DNA of 64,000 nt, from contig CAJJMX010000001.1 in assembly GCA_905192935.1 (NCBI GenBank), positions 35,837 to 99,836 on the forward strand, written 5' to 3'. A model generated the notes under the pieces. That model did no database searches, was not told where the DNA came from, and saw nothing but the letters and a program-made list of their open reading frames with translations. Position numbers and translations under genes: made by a program. How positions within the stretch are numbered: position 1 is the stretch's first letter; each line of letters starts with the position of its first letter. This document shows positions 38,500-47,967 of the stretch, piece after piece. This stretch comes from an uncultured Mailhella sp. (GTDB lineage Bacteria; Desulfobacterota; Desulfovibrionia; Desulfovibrionales; Desulfovibrionaceae).

Positions 38500-39756
38500 T
38501 TATTGTTCGGCGTTCAGGCTGGCGGCCACATCGGCGCAGGGCACCTCACGCTGCTCGCCAGACTCCATGTTTTTGATGATGACGCTGCCGGAGGCCAGTT
38601 CGTTGGTCCCCATGATGAGCGTGAAGCGCGCACCGGACTTGCCGGCCTGGCGCATGGTGGACTTCATGCTGCGGCTCTCATAGCTCATGGTGCCGGAAAA
38701 GCCTTCGCGGCGCAGATCCTGTGCCAGAGCAAAGGCGGCGTCGCGGCAGGAGTCGTCGAGCACGGCCACATAAAAATCGGGATGGATCTCGGGAAGTTCC
38801 CGGCCTTCCAGCAGAAGGGCCAGGCGTTCCATGCCGCAGGCAAAGCCTATGCCGGGAACGGAAGGACCGCCGAGCTGCTCCACCAGTCCGTCGTAGCGGC
38901 CGCCGCCGGCCACGGAGCCCTGAGAGCCGATTTCGTTGGAAACCACTTCCCAGGTGGTGCGGGTGTAGTAGTCCAGACCGCGCACCAGACGATGATTGAT
39001 CTCGTAGGGAACCTTTTCCGCATCGAGATGACGCAGCACGGCCTCGAAATGGGCGCGGCAGTCGGGGCACTCGTTTTCCAGGATCACGGGAGCGTCGGCC
39101 GTAAGAGCCTTGCAGTCGGGCACCTTGCAGTCCAGCACGCGCAGGGGGTTGGTTTCCATGCGGCGACGGCAGTCCTCGCAGAGCTTCGACTGATCGAGGG
39201 AGGCCAGCCAGTCGTGAAGCTTCTGACGATACGTGGGACGGCAGGAGGAACAGCCGAGGGAATTGATCTGAAGCGTCAGATTCTTCAGTCCGAGCCTGCC
39301 GAGAAATTCCATCATCATGCAGATGATTTCCGCGTCGGCCTCGGGCTCTCTCGGGCCGAGACATTCGCAGTTGATCTGATGGAACTGACGCATGCGGCCC
39401 TTCTGGGGACGTTCATGCCGGAACATCGGGCCGATGGTGAAAAATCTGCTCACGGATTCGCGGGCATAGATGCCGCTTTCAATGTAGGCGCGCATGACGC
39501 CGGCCGTGGCTTCGGGACGCAGGGACATGGAACGTCCCTTGCTGTCGGGAATGCAGTACATCTCCTTCTGCACCACGTCGGTTTCCGTACCGATGCCGCG
39601 GCAGAAAAGATCGGTGTACTCCATGAGCGGAGTACGAAGTTCGCCAAAGCCGTAGCGGGGAAACACCTCGCGGGCGGTGGCCTCCATCATCTCAAAAAGA
39701 CGGCTCTGCGCCGGAAACTGGTCGGCAAAGCCCTTGATAGCCTGAATCTGTGCCAT
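38500..39756 (-). CDS. hisS: Histidine--tRNA ligase
   Basis: LRPEATA, FRHERPQKGR, LVRGLDYY, GGGRYDGL. Confidence 0.98.
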   Translation of the reverse strand: MAQIQAIKGFADQFPAQSRLFEMMEATAREVFPRYGFGELRTPLMEYTDLFCRGIGTETDVVQKEMYCIPDSKGRSMSLRPEATAGVMRAYIESGIYARESVSRFFTIGPMFRHERPQKGRMRQFHQINCECLGPREPEADAEIICMMMEFLGRLGLKNLTLQINSLGCSSCRPTYRQKLHDWLASLDQSKLCEDCRRRMETNPLRVLDCKVPDCKALTADAPVILENECPDCRAHFEAVLRHLDAEKVPYEINHRLVRGLDYYTRTTWEVVSNEIGSQGSVAGGGRYDGLVEQLGGPSVPGIGFACGMERLALLLEGRELPEIHPDFYVAVLDDSCRDAAFALAQDLRREGFSGTMSYESRSMKSTMRQAGKSGARFTLIMGTNELASGSVIIKNMESGEQREVPCADVAASLNAEQ

Positions 39757-39789
39757 GAACGGACTCCAGCAAAGTAGAAATAACGCATG

Positions 39790-39818
39790 AGGATAGGGCC
39801 TTTTCTCCTCATTGTCAA
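39790..39818 (-). promoter_or_regulatory. Sigma70 promoter of hisS-aspS-def
   Basis: TTGACA-17-TATCCT on the minus strand. Confidence 0.7.
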
Positions 39819-39893
39819 AGACTCTGCCCCAGCCGAAAAAGGAAGGCCGGCTCCGTCAGGAACCGGCCCTCGCGTCAGAAGTTCATGCGGGAA

Positions 39894-42800
39894 TTAGAAC
39901 TTGAACTGCAGACCGACCATGATCTGGTTGTTGTCGTAGTTCTCTCTCTTTTCCAGGCCGTAGCGGGCGAACATCTCGAAGTTGTCGCCTATGCCCGTGC
40001 TCACGCCGGCGGTGACGCGCAGAGCGTCGCGGCCCACGTCGACGCCGTGGGCGGACAGTCTGGTGGCCGTGCCGTAGCTCGTGCGGGCCACGGGATCGAA
40101 GTCGCTCAGATCGCGCGCGTAGGCGACGCCGATTTCAGGAGTGACCGTGAAGTTGTCACCGGTGAAGGTATGCTTCAAGGTCACGCCGACAGGCAGGGTC
40201 ACCACGTCGTCGTGGAGGCTGTCCACATGGCGGTCGAGAGCGCCGTGCTCGGTGTAGCCGTCCTGATGGGCATAGAAGTATTCCAGACCCAGATAGGGAA
40301 CGAGCGTGGTCGCACCGTCATTGAAGCTCAGATGATAGCTGGCCAGCGCGGACGCCATGAAGGAATCCGTATCATAGGATGCGGAATTGCTTCCGACCAT
40401 GCCGGGCAGGCTGATCCGGCTCACGATGTCGTTGCTGGTGCGGCCGTAGGCCACGTTCAGATCCAGGAAGAACGGCGTGAAGTCGATGGTGGAATACACA
40501 CCGGCAAGGAAGGTGTTGCCGTCGTTCTTGCTCTGCGCATCGTTGGTCTGAGCCTTGCTGTGCACGCCGCCGATGGCCGCGCCGAGACGCACCCTGTCAC
40601 CGAGCTGTCTGTCGTAACCGGCGACCACGCCGCCGGCGCTGATGTCGAAGCCCTGGATGCCCTTGCTGCCGTTCACGTTGGCCCAGTTGCCGATGCCGTT
40701 CACCCACAGTCTGTTGCCGTGGTCGAGATCAAGCTTGTTCAGGCCGGTGCCGAGCGTGCTGCCCGCCGCATTGAGCTGACCGCGGAACATGTCCATGGTG
40801 TTGCGTGCGGCGTACATGGCGGTGAGCGCGTTTTCGTTGGCTATCTGACGGAGAGAGTCGACGATTTCCTGCGGTTCATTGGAATTGAACACCAGGCCCA
40901 GGGGCGCAGCGACAGAGCTCGCCGAATCAAGCGCAAGCGCACGGAAGCTCTGCGCGTTGTCGAGGATGTTGCGGTTGCCGGTAAGGGCGGCCAGCGCGGT
41001 CCTCGTATCCTTGACGTTCAGGGACAGTCTGGCAGCGGTGTCGCCGATCTTGTTGATGTTGTAGGAATAGAACACGTTGTCGCCGGAAACGTCACCCATG
41101 TTCACGCTGCCGGCCGCAGATTCCACAAAGCCTTCAGCCACGTAGGTCCCGGCATCCAGAAGGGCCGCATCCTCGAAGGAGAACTTCGTGCCGCTGCCGA
41201 TGGTGATGTCGGTGCCGTCTATGGTGTTGTAGATGCCGCCGATGTTGCTGCCCACGGCAAGCGCCGTGCCGGACGCGGGCTGCGTCACGGCAAAGTTGAG
41301 GGCCGCGTTGTCGATGTTGATGGCGCCGGTGGCGGTGACGTAGGGAGAATATTCCAGACTGTCGCCCTTGATGGCGCCGATGTAGGAGCGCTCACCCACA
41401 TTGATGGTGCCGCCGGTGATGTTGAGGGTGCCGGTATTGCTGGTAAGGGCGCTGTCGCCTTCCATGGTCACCGTGCCGCCTTCAATGTCCACGACGGTGG
41501 CGTAGGTCTGGGCGTTGTACAGGTTGAGCGCACCGCTCTTCATGACCAGAGGCAGCGTCCACATGGAGGCGCTGTCGAGGCCGTTGCGGTTGATGGCGTC
41601 GCTCGTGATGATGTTCAGCGTACCGCCGTCGATGACGCTGTTCATGCTGCCGGAGGTCAGCGTGGAGCGGTACTGACCGTCGAGCGTCAGGGTGCCGCTG
41701 TTCAGATACAGCGTGCCGGGCGCGGCCTTGGCCGTGGACGAGGCAAAGCCGATCATGCCTTCGCTGTAATAGATCTCAGGACCGGCCGTGCCCTTCTCGC
41801 CGATGATGATGTCGCCGTCGGTCTTGAAGTTCAGATACTTGCCGAGCGTCCAGCGGTCACGGTTGAGACGTCCGCGATTGTCGTACTGCAGCGCGGAGGG
41901 ACCGTCTTCCGTGTAGCCGATGCTTCTGATGGTACCGCTCTTGATGATGATGCCTTCCTTGCCTTCCAGCGTGGTGGCTCCTCCGCCGCCCTGGGCGATG
42001 AGCGTACCGCCGTCCCAGTTCAGGGTGCCCTGAGCACTCATGGAAGACTGGTTCGACGTATTGAAATCAAAGGTGCCGCCGGTCACATTGAGGTCACCCG
42101 CCGCAGAAAAGTCCCAGGCCTTCTGGTTCACGGCCACCTTGATGTTCTCGGCGGCATGCAGGGCCGTGAGCACTTCTTCCTTGGTGGGCAGATAGTCGGG
42201 ATCGTGGGCGGGGGCAAAGGCTTCCTTGATCTTGGCCTCGTCTCCGGTAGCGAAGACGGCTTCCACACTCTCGTCGGTGTGGAGCTGATACACCCCGTTC
42301 ACCTCGTTGTTCGCGTCGTACAGACGGATGTTGTCGTCACGGGCGATTTCCACGCCGGCAGCGTAGTTGACGGGATTTTCCGTGCGGAACGTTCCGCCGG
42401 AGATGTTGATGTCGCCGGAGGTGTCGGCCGTCACGCCGGTCTGACCGGAAGAAGCGAAGGACGCGGTGACGGAATTGACGCCGTCGGCCTTGCGCACGAA
42501 GTCGCCGCCGCTGATGTTCAGCGCGTAGGAGCCGCCGAAGGACACCTTTTCCTGCTTGCTGTCGTCGTATTTGTCGAAGTTGAAGGTGCCGCCGTTGATG
42601 TCGAGGCTGGTCTTGTTGTAGTTGTCGTTGTCCAGATAGGCAGCTTCGGTGATGACGGAAGCCTGACCGTTGCCAAAGAAATTGAAGGTGCCGCCGTTCA
42701 CCGTGACGGAAGCGCCGTCGGTATTGCGGCCGCCGAAGTAGCCGCCGTTCACCATGTTGTAGGTACCGCCGTTGATGGTGAGACCGGCCTTGTTGTTGCC

Positions 42801-43982
42801 GAAGTTGGCCAAGCTGTACATCGTGAAGGTACCGCCGTTGAACACGGCCTCCTTGCCTTCAAGATTGATGTAGTTGGCGCTGGCATAAGGACTGTCGGCA
42901 CTGCCCAGCACAAAGTTGCCGCCGTTCACCTCCACTTCGCTTTCACTGAGGTCAAGGGAGGCGAACACGCCGCGCTTGTCCTGCTTATTGGCCGCTTCGT
43001 CTCTGACGACGGTCTGACCGTTCACCTTGTCGAAGGTCTGCCAGCCCGCGTAGGGGCTGTAGTTCTGAATATTGAAATTGCCGTCATTGATGACGACCTT
43101 GCCCTCTTCCGAGCCCATGTGCACGCGGGCCGTGAGAATGTCGAAGTCGCCGCCGTTCACGACAACGTTCTTCTTGCCCTGGAAGCTGGCCAGAGAAGGC
43201 GCGTCGTAGTTGCTGCGCACGGGGTTGCCCACGGGCTGCCCTTCAAAGGTATACTGACCGCCCGTGACCGTGAGCGTGCCCTCGGAGTCGAAGCGCAGGG
43301 CCGCCTTGGCCTCGTTCTTGATGGGGAAGGCGATGCCCGCCGCACGGAAATCGCCGTCGGCAATGGTCATGTCGCTGCCGCTTCTGAAATCGAGACGCGA
43401 TCCTTCCCAGCTCTTTTCAATATCGGCCTGCGCAGGACCGTCCGCACCGTAGCGGGGCGCACCCACATTGACGGCCACGTCGTTGATGGTCATGGAGCCG
43501 CCGGCGCTCACGGTCTGAACGCCGGGCACAAGGTCAGGATTGTCGTCGGGAATGAAGGTATTCTTGGTCCCGGGCACGACTTCAGGAACACGGGAGTTCT
43601 CCTGCGTCATCTTCAGCGCGCCGCTTATCTTGGTGCCGCTTGCAAGCACGGATATGTCGCCGCCGTCAATGGTCACGTCACCGGTGCTGGAAATAGTCGC
43701 GGACGTATCGTTCAGGCTGCCGAGCACCAGATCACCGGAATCAAAAACCAGGTTCTTGTCCGAAGCATAGGTGCCCTCTTCCAGCGTTCCTCCGCTGATG
43801 ACCACGCTGCTGCCCGAATCCTCGACGGTAAGCGCCGCGTGCGCCGTGCCGGCAAACAGAGAGACGGCGACAGCGCAGGCAACCGCCGGAACGGCGCTCC
43901 GCATGTTAAGGGTGAAACACTTTTTCAGTACCGCTCTGTACCTGTTCAACAGGTTCCCCATGGCGCCCTGAGTCTGTGTCAT
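39894..43982 (-). CDS. Autotransporter (type Va) with beta-helical passenger and C-terminal beta-barrel
   Basis: Extended signal peptide ending AHA; repeated (I/V)xGGxF beta-solenoid motifs; ~280-aa barrel ending in F. Confidence 0.93.
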   Translation of the reverse strand: MTQTQGAMGNLLNRYRAVLKKCFTLNMRSAVPAVACAVAVSLFAGTAHAALTVEDSGSSVVISGGTLEEGTYASDKNLVFDSGDLVLGSLNDTSATISSTGDVTIDGGDISVLASGTKISGALKMTQENSRVPEVVPGTKNTFIPDDNPDLVPGVQTVSAGGSMTINDVAVNVGAPRYGADGPAQADIEKSWEGSRLDFRSGSDMTIADGDFRAAGIAFPIKNEAKAALRFDSEGTLTVTGGQYTFEGQPVGNPVRSNYDAPSLASFQGKKNVVVNGGDFDILTARVHMGSEEGKVVINDGNFNIQNYSPYAGWQTFDKVNGQTVVRDEAANKQDKRGVFASLDLSESEVEVNGGNFVLGSADSPYASANYINLEGKEAVFNGGTFTMYSLANFGNNKAGLTINGGTYNMVNGGYFGGRNTDGASVTVNGGTFNFFGNGQASVITEAAYLDNDNYNKTSLDINGGTFNFDKYDDSKQEKVSFGGSYALNISGGDFVRKADGVNSVTASFASSGQTGVTADTSGDINISGGTFRTENPVNYAAGVEIARDDNIRLYDANNEVNGVYQLHTDESVEAVFATGDEAKIKEAFAPAHDPDYLPTKEEVLTALHAAENIKVAVNQKAWDFSAAGDLNVTGGTFDFNTSNQSSMSAQGTLNWDGGTLIAQGGGGATTLEGKEGIIIKSGTIRSIGYTEDGPSALQYDNRGRLNRDRWTLGKYLNFKTDGDIIIGEKGTAGPEIYYSEGMIGFASSTAKAAPGTLYLNSGTLTLDGQYRSTLTSGSMNSVIDGGTLNIITSDAINRNGLDSASMWTLPLVMKSGALNLYNAQTYATVVDIEGGTVTMEGDSALTSNTGTLNITGGTINVGERSYIGAIKGDSLEYSPYVTATGAINIDNAALNFAVTQPASGTALAVGSNIGGIYNTIDGTDITIGSGTKFSFEDAALLDAGTYVAEGFVESAAGSVNMGDVSGDNVFYSYNINKIGDTAARLSLNVKDTRTALAALTGNRNILDNAQSFRALALDSASSVAAPLGLVFNSNEPQEIVDSLRQIANENALTAMYAARNTMDMFRGQLNAAGSTLGTGLNKLDLDHGNRLWVNGIGNWANVNGSKGIQGFDISAGGVVAGYDRQLGDRVRLGAAIGGVHSKAQTNDAQSKNDGNTFLAGVYSTIDFTPFFLDLNVAYGRTSNDIVSRISLPGMVGSNSASYDTDSFMASALASYHLSFNDGATTLVPYLGLEYFYAHQDGYTEHGALDRHVDSLHDDVVTLPVGVTLKHTFTGDNFTVTPEIGVAYARDLSDFDPVARTSYGTATRLSAHGVDVGRDALRVTAGVSTGIGDNFEMFARYGLEKRENYDNNQIMVGLQFKF

Positions 43983-43999
43983 ACTCTCCTCCTCTTCTC

Positions 44000-44370
44000 A
44001 GCCAAATGTTTAATTTTTCCCAAACCTTCCTCAGGGCAATAACACACCGGTAAATTATATGCAACAAACCTAAAAAAAATTTTTCTTACCCCATTACTAC
44101 ATAAAAATATTTTTCTCTTTTTATTTTGATACATGTTTTTTTTATTTATTTACAAAATTATTATATTATTTTAGTTTTTAAAAATATCATTATATAAATA
44201 TTTTTTATGTTTATATAATGACATTTAAAAACATTTGTTTTCTTTATAAGCTGTTTTTAAATATTTATAACTTTTTGTTTACAAAAAAATTTATATTTTT
44301 TTATTGTAAAATAACAAAATTATTCTTTACTTAGTTATTTTTTTCACACATATATCCCATAAAAACACGT
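44000..44370. other. Extremely AT-rich non-coding tract upstream of the autotransporter
   Basis: Almost only A/T for ~300 bp in a GC-rich window; TATAAT on the minus strand at 44054-44059; inverted repeat TCATTATATAAA/TTTATATAATGA at 44187-44221. Confidence 0.85.
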
Positions 44371-44719
44371 CCATTCATACAGAGGAGACCTCCCGCCTCT
44401 GCAAAATCCGCAGATATCAGCAGACCGCCATGCAGATCGCACAGGCCGGAGCATGCGCATCATGATTTTTTTCCGATACCGTCTGGGAATAAGCAATACA
44501 TGCCTCTCCTGACGTGCGGCTCATTCAGAAAACACTCCTCTGTAGAGAACTCCTGAACAAAACGTATCACAGGACGCTCAAATTTGTGAAAAAAAGATAA
44601 ATGGAACGCCCCCCGTCAACAATGCCGCTTCGCACCTCTCCGACCATCTGTTCCAGAAAAACAGACCCCGCACTGGATATTCCAGTCAGCCTCGGTCGCT
44701 GTTCGACATGGCAGGTCTT

Positions 44720-44734
44720 CGGCACAAAAATTGC
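44720..44734 (+). promoter_or_regulatory. Sigma-54 -24/-12 promoter-like element with no downstream sense gene
   Basis: CGGCACAAAAATTGC: GG-N10-GC with CAC and TT conserved. Confidence 0.45.
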
Positions 44735-45186
44735 CCGTATCTCTCAGCAGCCCCGCCGCGGAAACAGCCTTGCAGGGCATCGCTTTTTCCATGACGTTGC
44801 CGCTCCACAGCCCATACCGGCATTCTCAGCCCCTGAAAAGGCGATGCAGAACATGAGTCTTTTCCCGATTCATATCAGACGGGCTTGCCGCTCCTCGCCT
44901 CCACGCAGGAGCAGTCCGCTCTTCCGTTCGGGACGACCAGAAATGTCGCAGAACCGCAGCCGCCCATGTCCATGAATCCGTCCGCAGATCAAGGCCCGGC
45001 TTTGTCCGCCGCTTCTCCGTCGTGCCCGGTAAAGGTCGCGGCCTCTTCTTCATACGGGCAGAGACTGTGCATATTTTCTGCAAGGGAGTCTTTCCCCTCG
45101 CAGCCCCCCCACGGACAGGCCTTTCACAAGGTCAGCCTGATAAGAAAGAATGTTCCTTAAAAACACATGTGACGGAAAAAGGACGG

Positions 45187-46089
45187 CTATTGTCGTGCCG
45201 CAGCCTGCCCAGACCCCGGATAGGCGGCCAGAAGATAATCCCAGAATGTCCTCTCGACAGCGGAGAGATGCGCCGCCCGCACGGCATGGACGGGCGCCAC
45301 CTTCTCCACTCCTGGAAACGGAATGTCCTTTTCCACCAGGGCGCCCACCTGCACGAGACGGCAGCAGCGAAGCGTCTGCGCGGGAAGTATGACCACGGCT
45401 TCGTTGCGTATGGCAAGAGAAAGCACGTCCTCAATGTCCGCAAGACGGTACTCTCCGGCGAAATAGGACGTATAGTGCCTCGATATATGATTCAACCCGC
45501 CGGAATAGTAGGCTATGTACTCGTTCTTCAGGTCCTCGGGCGTGAGTTTTTCCTTGGCGGCAAGAGGATGTCCGGCGCCGAGAAACATCTTTCTCGTGAC
45601 CGTGCCGAGAAAGACCGCCTCGCAGCCGAGTCCCCGCACGCGCTCGATCACGCGGCCTTCTCTTCCGTCCAGAACGACGGAAATTCTGGAGCCGTGCCTG
45701 AACGCCTCCACCACATCGCCGATGTACACCGGCCGCAGCCGCACGCCCATGTCGGGATGAATCTCCCTGAACGGATTGACGACGGTTTCTTTAAGATACT
45801 GGAGCATGGACACCTGCGTATCCACGCAGAAAGAAACCGGCTCCTTGCCGGAACGCATCTGCTCGATGAGCTCCATGACCTGCTGGGCCATGTCGAGCAC
45901 CCGCTCTCCTTCCGGAGTCAGCGTCACTCCGGCCCGACCCTTGAGAAAAAGCTCCTGACCGACATCCTGCTCAAGCTTTTTAAGCGCGGTCGAGACCGCC
46001 GGACGCGTCACTCCCAGCCGTTCCGCCGCGGCGCTGATGGAGCCGGAGTCTGCTGTTGTGATAAAATATTCAAGCCAATCCAAACGCAT
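45187..46089 (-). CDS. LysR-family transcriptional regulator
   Basis: GSISAAAERLGVTRPAVSTALKKLE..LF..LTPEG HTH; 300 aa; divergent from the transporter operon. Confidence 0.93.
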   Translation of the reverse strand: MRLDWLEYFITTADSGSISAAAERLGVTRPAVSTALKKLEQDVGQELFLKGRAGVTLTPEGERVLDMAQQVMELIEQMRSGKEPVSFCVDTQVSMLQYLKETVVNPFREIHPDMGVRLRPVYIGDVVEAFRHGSRISVVLDGREGRVIERVRGLGCEAVFLGTVTRKMFLGAGHPLAAKEKLTPEDLKNEYIAYYSGGLNHISRHYTSYFAGEYRLADIEDVLSLAIRNEAVVILPAQTLRCCRLVQVGALVEKDIPFPGVEKVAPVHAVRAAHLSAVERTFWDYLLAAYPGSGQAAARQ

Positions 46090-46252
46090 ATAGTGCTTCC
46101 TTTTAGCAGGTTAGTACTACGAATGGCGTCTTCGGGCAACCGGAGATTGTGAAACCTCTAACGTAAACAAAACCATTCAGATGGCCATAGAAAATTAATA
46201 TTTCCCTTTTTGCGCGGCAAAGCGCATAGCATTGTATCGGATATCAGCAAGA

Positions 46253-46470
46253 TACCCTCGCAGGAGAGTACTGCGCCCATAGACCGGCTTGTGATTTTAA
46301 TGCCTTTTCTCAAGCCGGCGGTACTCACCGACGAAAGCATGAAAACACTGACATGTGTCATTCGGTACAAGGGTAGACGGAACACATCACAGTCACTTCA
46401 GCAGGTGAAGAACGCCGCGGATTCTTCCTCTGCTGAGGACTCAACCTTCAACTACACTCTGGGGAGTCCG
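46253..46470 (+). promoter_or_regulatory. Structured 5' leader of the transporter-reductase operon (candidate cis-regulatory RNA)
   Basis: Nested stems TACCCT/AGGGTA, GAGTACTG/CGGTACTC, CCGGCTTG/CAAGCCGG, ACCGA/TCGGT and a long hairpin at 46391-46441. Confidence 0.4.
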
Positions 46471-46473
46471 GGC

Positions 46474-47928
46474 ATGCTGAAACAACTGAGCAAAAACAGC
46501 CCATGGTATTACCTTCATACTGTAGTCGCGCTGCTGATCATCTTCTGCTTCTTCAACTTCGTTCCCGCGGTGGAGCCGCTGACTCCGCTGGGCATAAGGG
46601 TGCTCGGCATCTTCATAGCCGTTCTCTACGGCTGGGTGTTCTGCGACGTCGTTTGGCCCAGCCTCATGGGTCTCATCATGCTCGGCATGTGCGGCTACGG
46701 CAGCATGACGAAGGTCTTTGCAGCCTCCATGGGCAACAGCACCGTCATCATGCTGATCCTGTTCTGCGCCGTGACGGCCATCCTGAGCTCCGCAGGCATC
46801 GCGGAATACATCTCCGCCAAAATGGTCGGTCTCAAAATAGTACGCGGCCGTCCCTACATGCTGACCTTCATGCTCATGCTGGTCATGGTGGCCTTCAACC
46901 TTCTCGTGAGCGCCACCGCCGCCATCATGATGTTCTATCCTCTGGTCAAGGAAGTAAGCAAGCAGTTCGGCTTCAAGGCCGGCGACAAGTGGCCCATATT
47001 CGTCATTCTTTCCGGCTCCTACATCGGCTGCCGCGCCTATCAGCTGCTGCCCTTCAAGTCCGGCCCCGCCGTGGTGTACGGCTCCTACACCCAGTTCTTC
47101 GGCGTCAACGACATCAACTACGCCGCCCACATGGCCTGCGCCTTCATCATTCTGGCCGCCAGCATAGGCATCGTCATGTTCCTGTGCCGCTTCGTGTTCA
47201 AGCCCGACGTCACGCCCATCATCAACGGCTCCGCCTCTCTCGCCGGCGCCGACGTCGAACTTACCGGACATCAGAAGTACGTGCTCATTTCCTTCCTCGT
47301 TCTGCTCGTCATGCTGCTCTGGCCCAACGTGGCTCCCAAGGACTGGGCCATCACCAAGTTCCTGAACGCCATGACCACCAACGGCATTCTCATGGCTTAC
47401 ATCGCCATCTATGTCTTCATCCACTTCCGTGACGGCATCGGCTTCAAGGAAATCCTCTGCAAGGAAATGTCCTGGCCCGCTCTTTATGTGACCATGACCT
47501 CCCTCACCATGGCCGCCGTCTTCCAGGCCGACAGCACCGGCATCATGACCTGGATCAAGGAAGGCATGGAGCCCTTCATGGCCGGCAAGAGCGCCCTGGT
47601 GTTCGTGGCCATCATCACCTTCCTCTGCATGATCGTCACCAACGTGGCCAACAACCTCGCCTGCCTCGCCATGTTCTCGCCTCTCGCCTGCACCATCGGC
47701 CTGACCCTCGGCGGCGACGTGCAGATGCCGGCCATTCTCTTCAGCATTCTCATGATCGGTTCCCTGGGCATCATCACTCCTCCCGCCTCCACGCTCACCG
47801 CATACCTCTACGGCGAAAAGGAATGGCTCCCCGGCAACTGCGTCATGACCTATGGCATCCTCTACAGCCTCATCAACTGGGTGGTTGTCATGGTGCTCGG
47901 CTACGGTCTCGGTTCCTTCCTGTTCTAA
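46474..47928 (+). CDS. SLC13/DASS-family anion:cation symporter
   Basis: About 12 hydrophobic segments; PLTPLGIRVLGIF, TNVANN, TPPAS motifs; GGGGAG RBS. Confidence 0.85.
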   Translation: MLKQLSKNSPWYYLHTVVALLIIFCFFNFVPAVEPLTPLGIRVLGIFIAVLYGWVFCDVVWPSLMGLIMLGMCGYGSMTKVFAASMGNSTVIMLILFCAVTAILSSAGIAEYISAKMVGLKIVRGRPYMLTFMLMLVMVAFNLLVSATAAIMMFYPLVKEVSKQFGFKAGDKWPIFVILSGSYIGCRAYQLLPFKSGPAVVYGSYTQFFGVNDINYAAHMACAFIILAASIGIVMFLCRFVFKPDVTPIINGSASLAGADVELTGHQKYVLISFLVLLVMLLWPNVAPKDWAITKFLNAMTTNGILMAYIAIYVFIHFRDGIGFKEILCKEMSWPALYVTMTSLTMAAVFQADSTGIMTWIKEGMEPFMAGKSALVFVAIITFLCMIVTNVANNLACLAMFSPLACTIGLTLGGDVQMPAILFSILMIGSLGIITPPASTLTAYLYGEKEWLPGNCVMTYGILYSLINWVVVMVLGYGLGSFLF

Positions 47929-47967
47929 TCCTTTCATTGTTCCACTAAAAAGAAGAGAGTTCCATTC

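Noticed and set aside
3362..44042. Other very long antisense ORFs (3362-6436, 25077-27749, 36196-39777, 39885-44042; also 61177-63765)
   Set aside because: Each mirrors well-supported genes on the opposite strand; typical high-GC artefacts.
44000..44370. AT-rich tract as oriC unwinding element, given nearby parS
   Set aside because: No cluster of DnaA boxes (TTATCCACA-like) seen and no dnaA/dnaN in the window.
44583..46165. TTGTGAA half-sites (44584, 46147) as Rex operators
   Set aside because: The matching TTCACAA half-site is missing in both cases.
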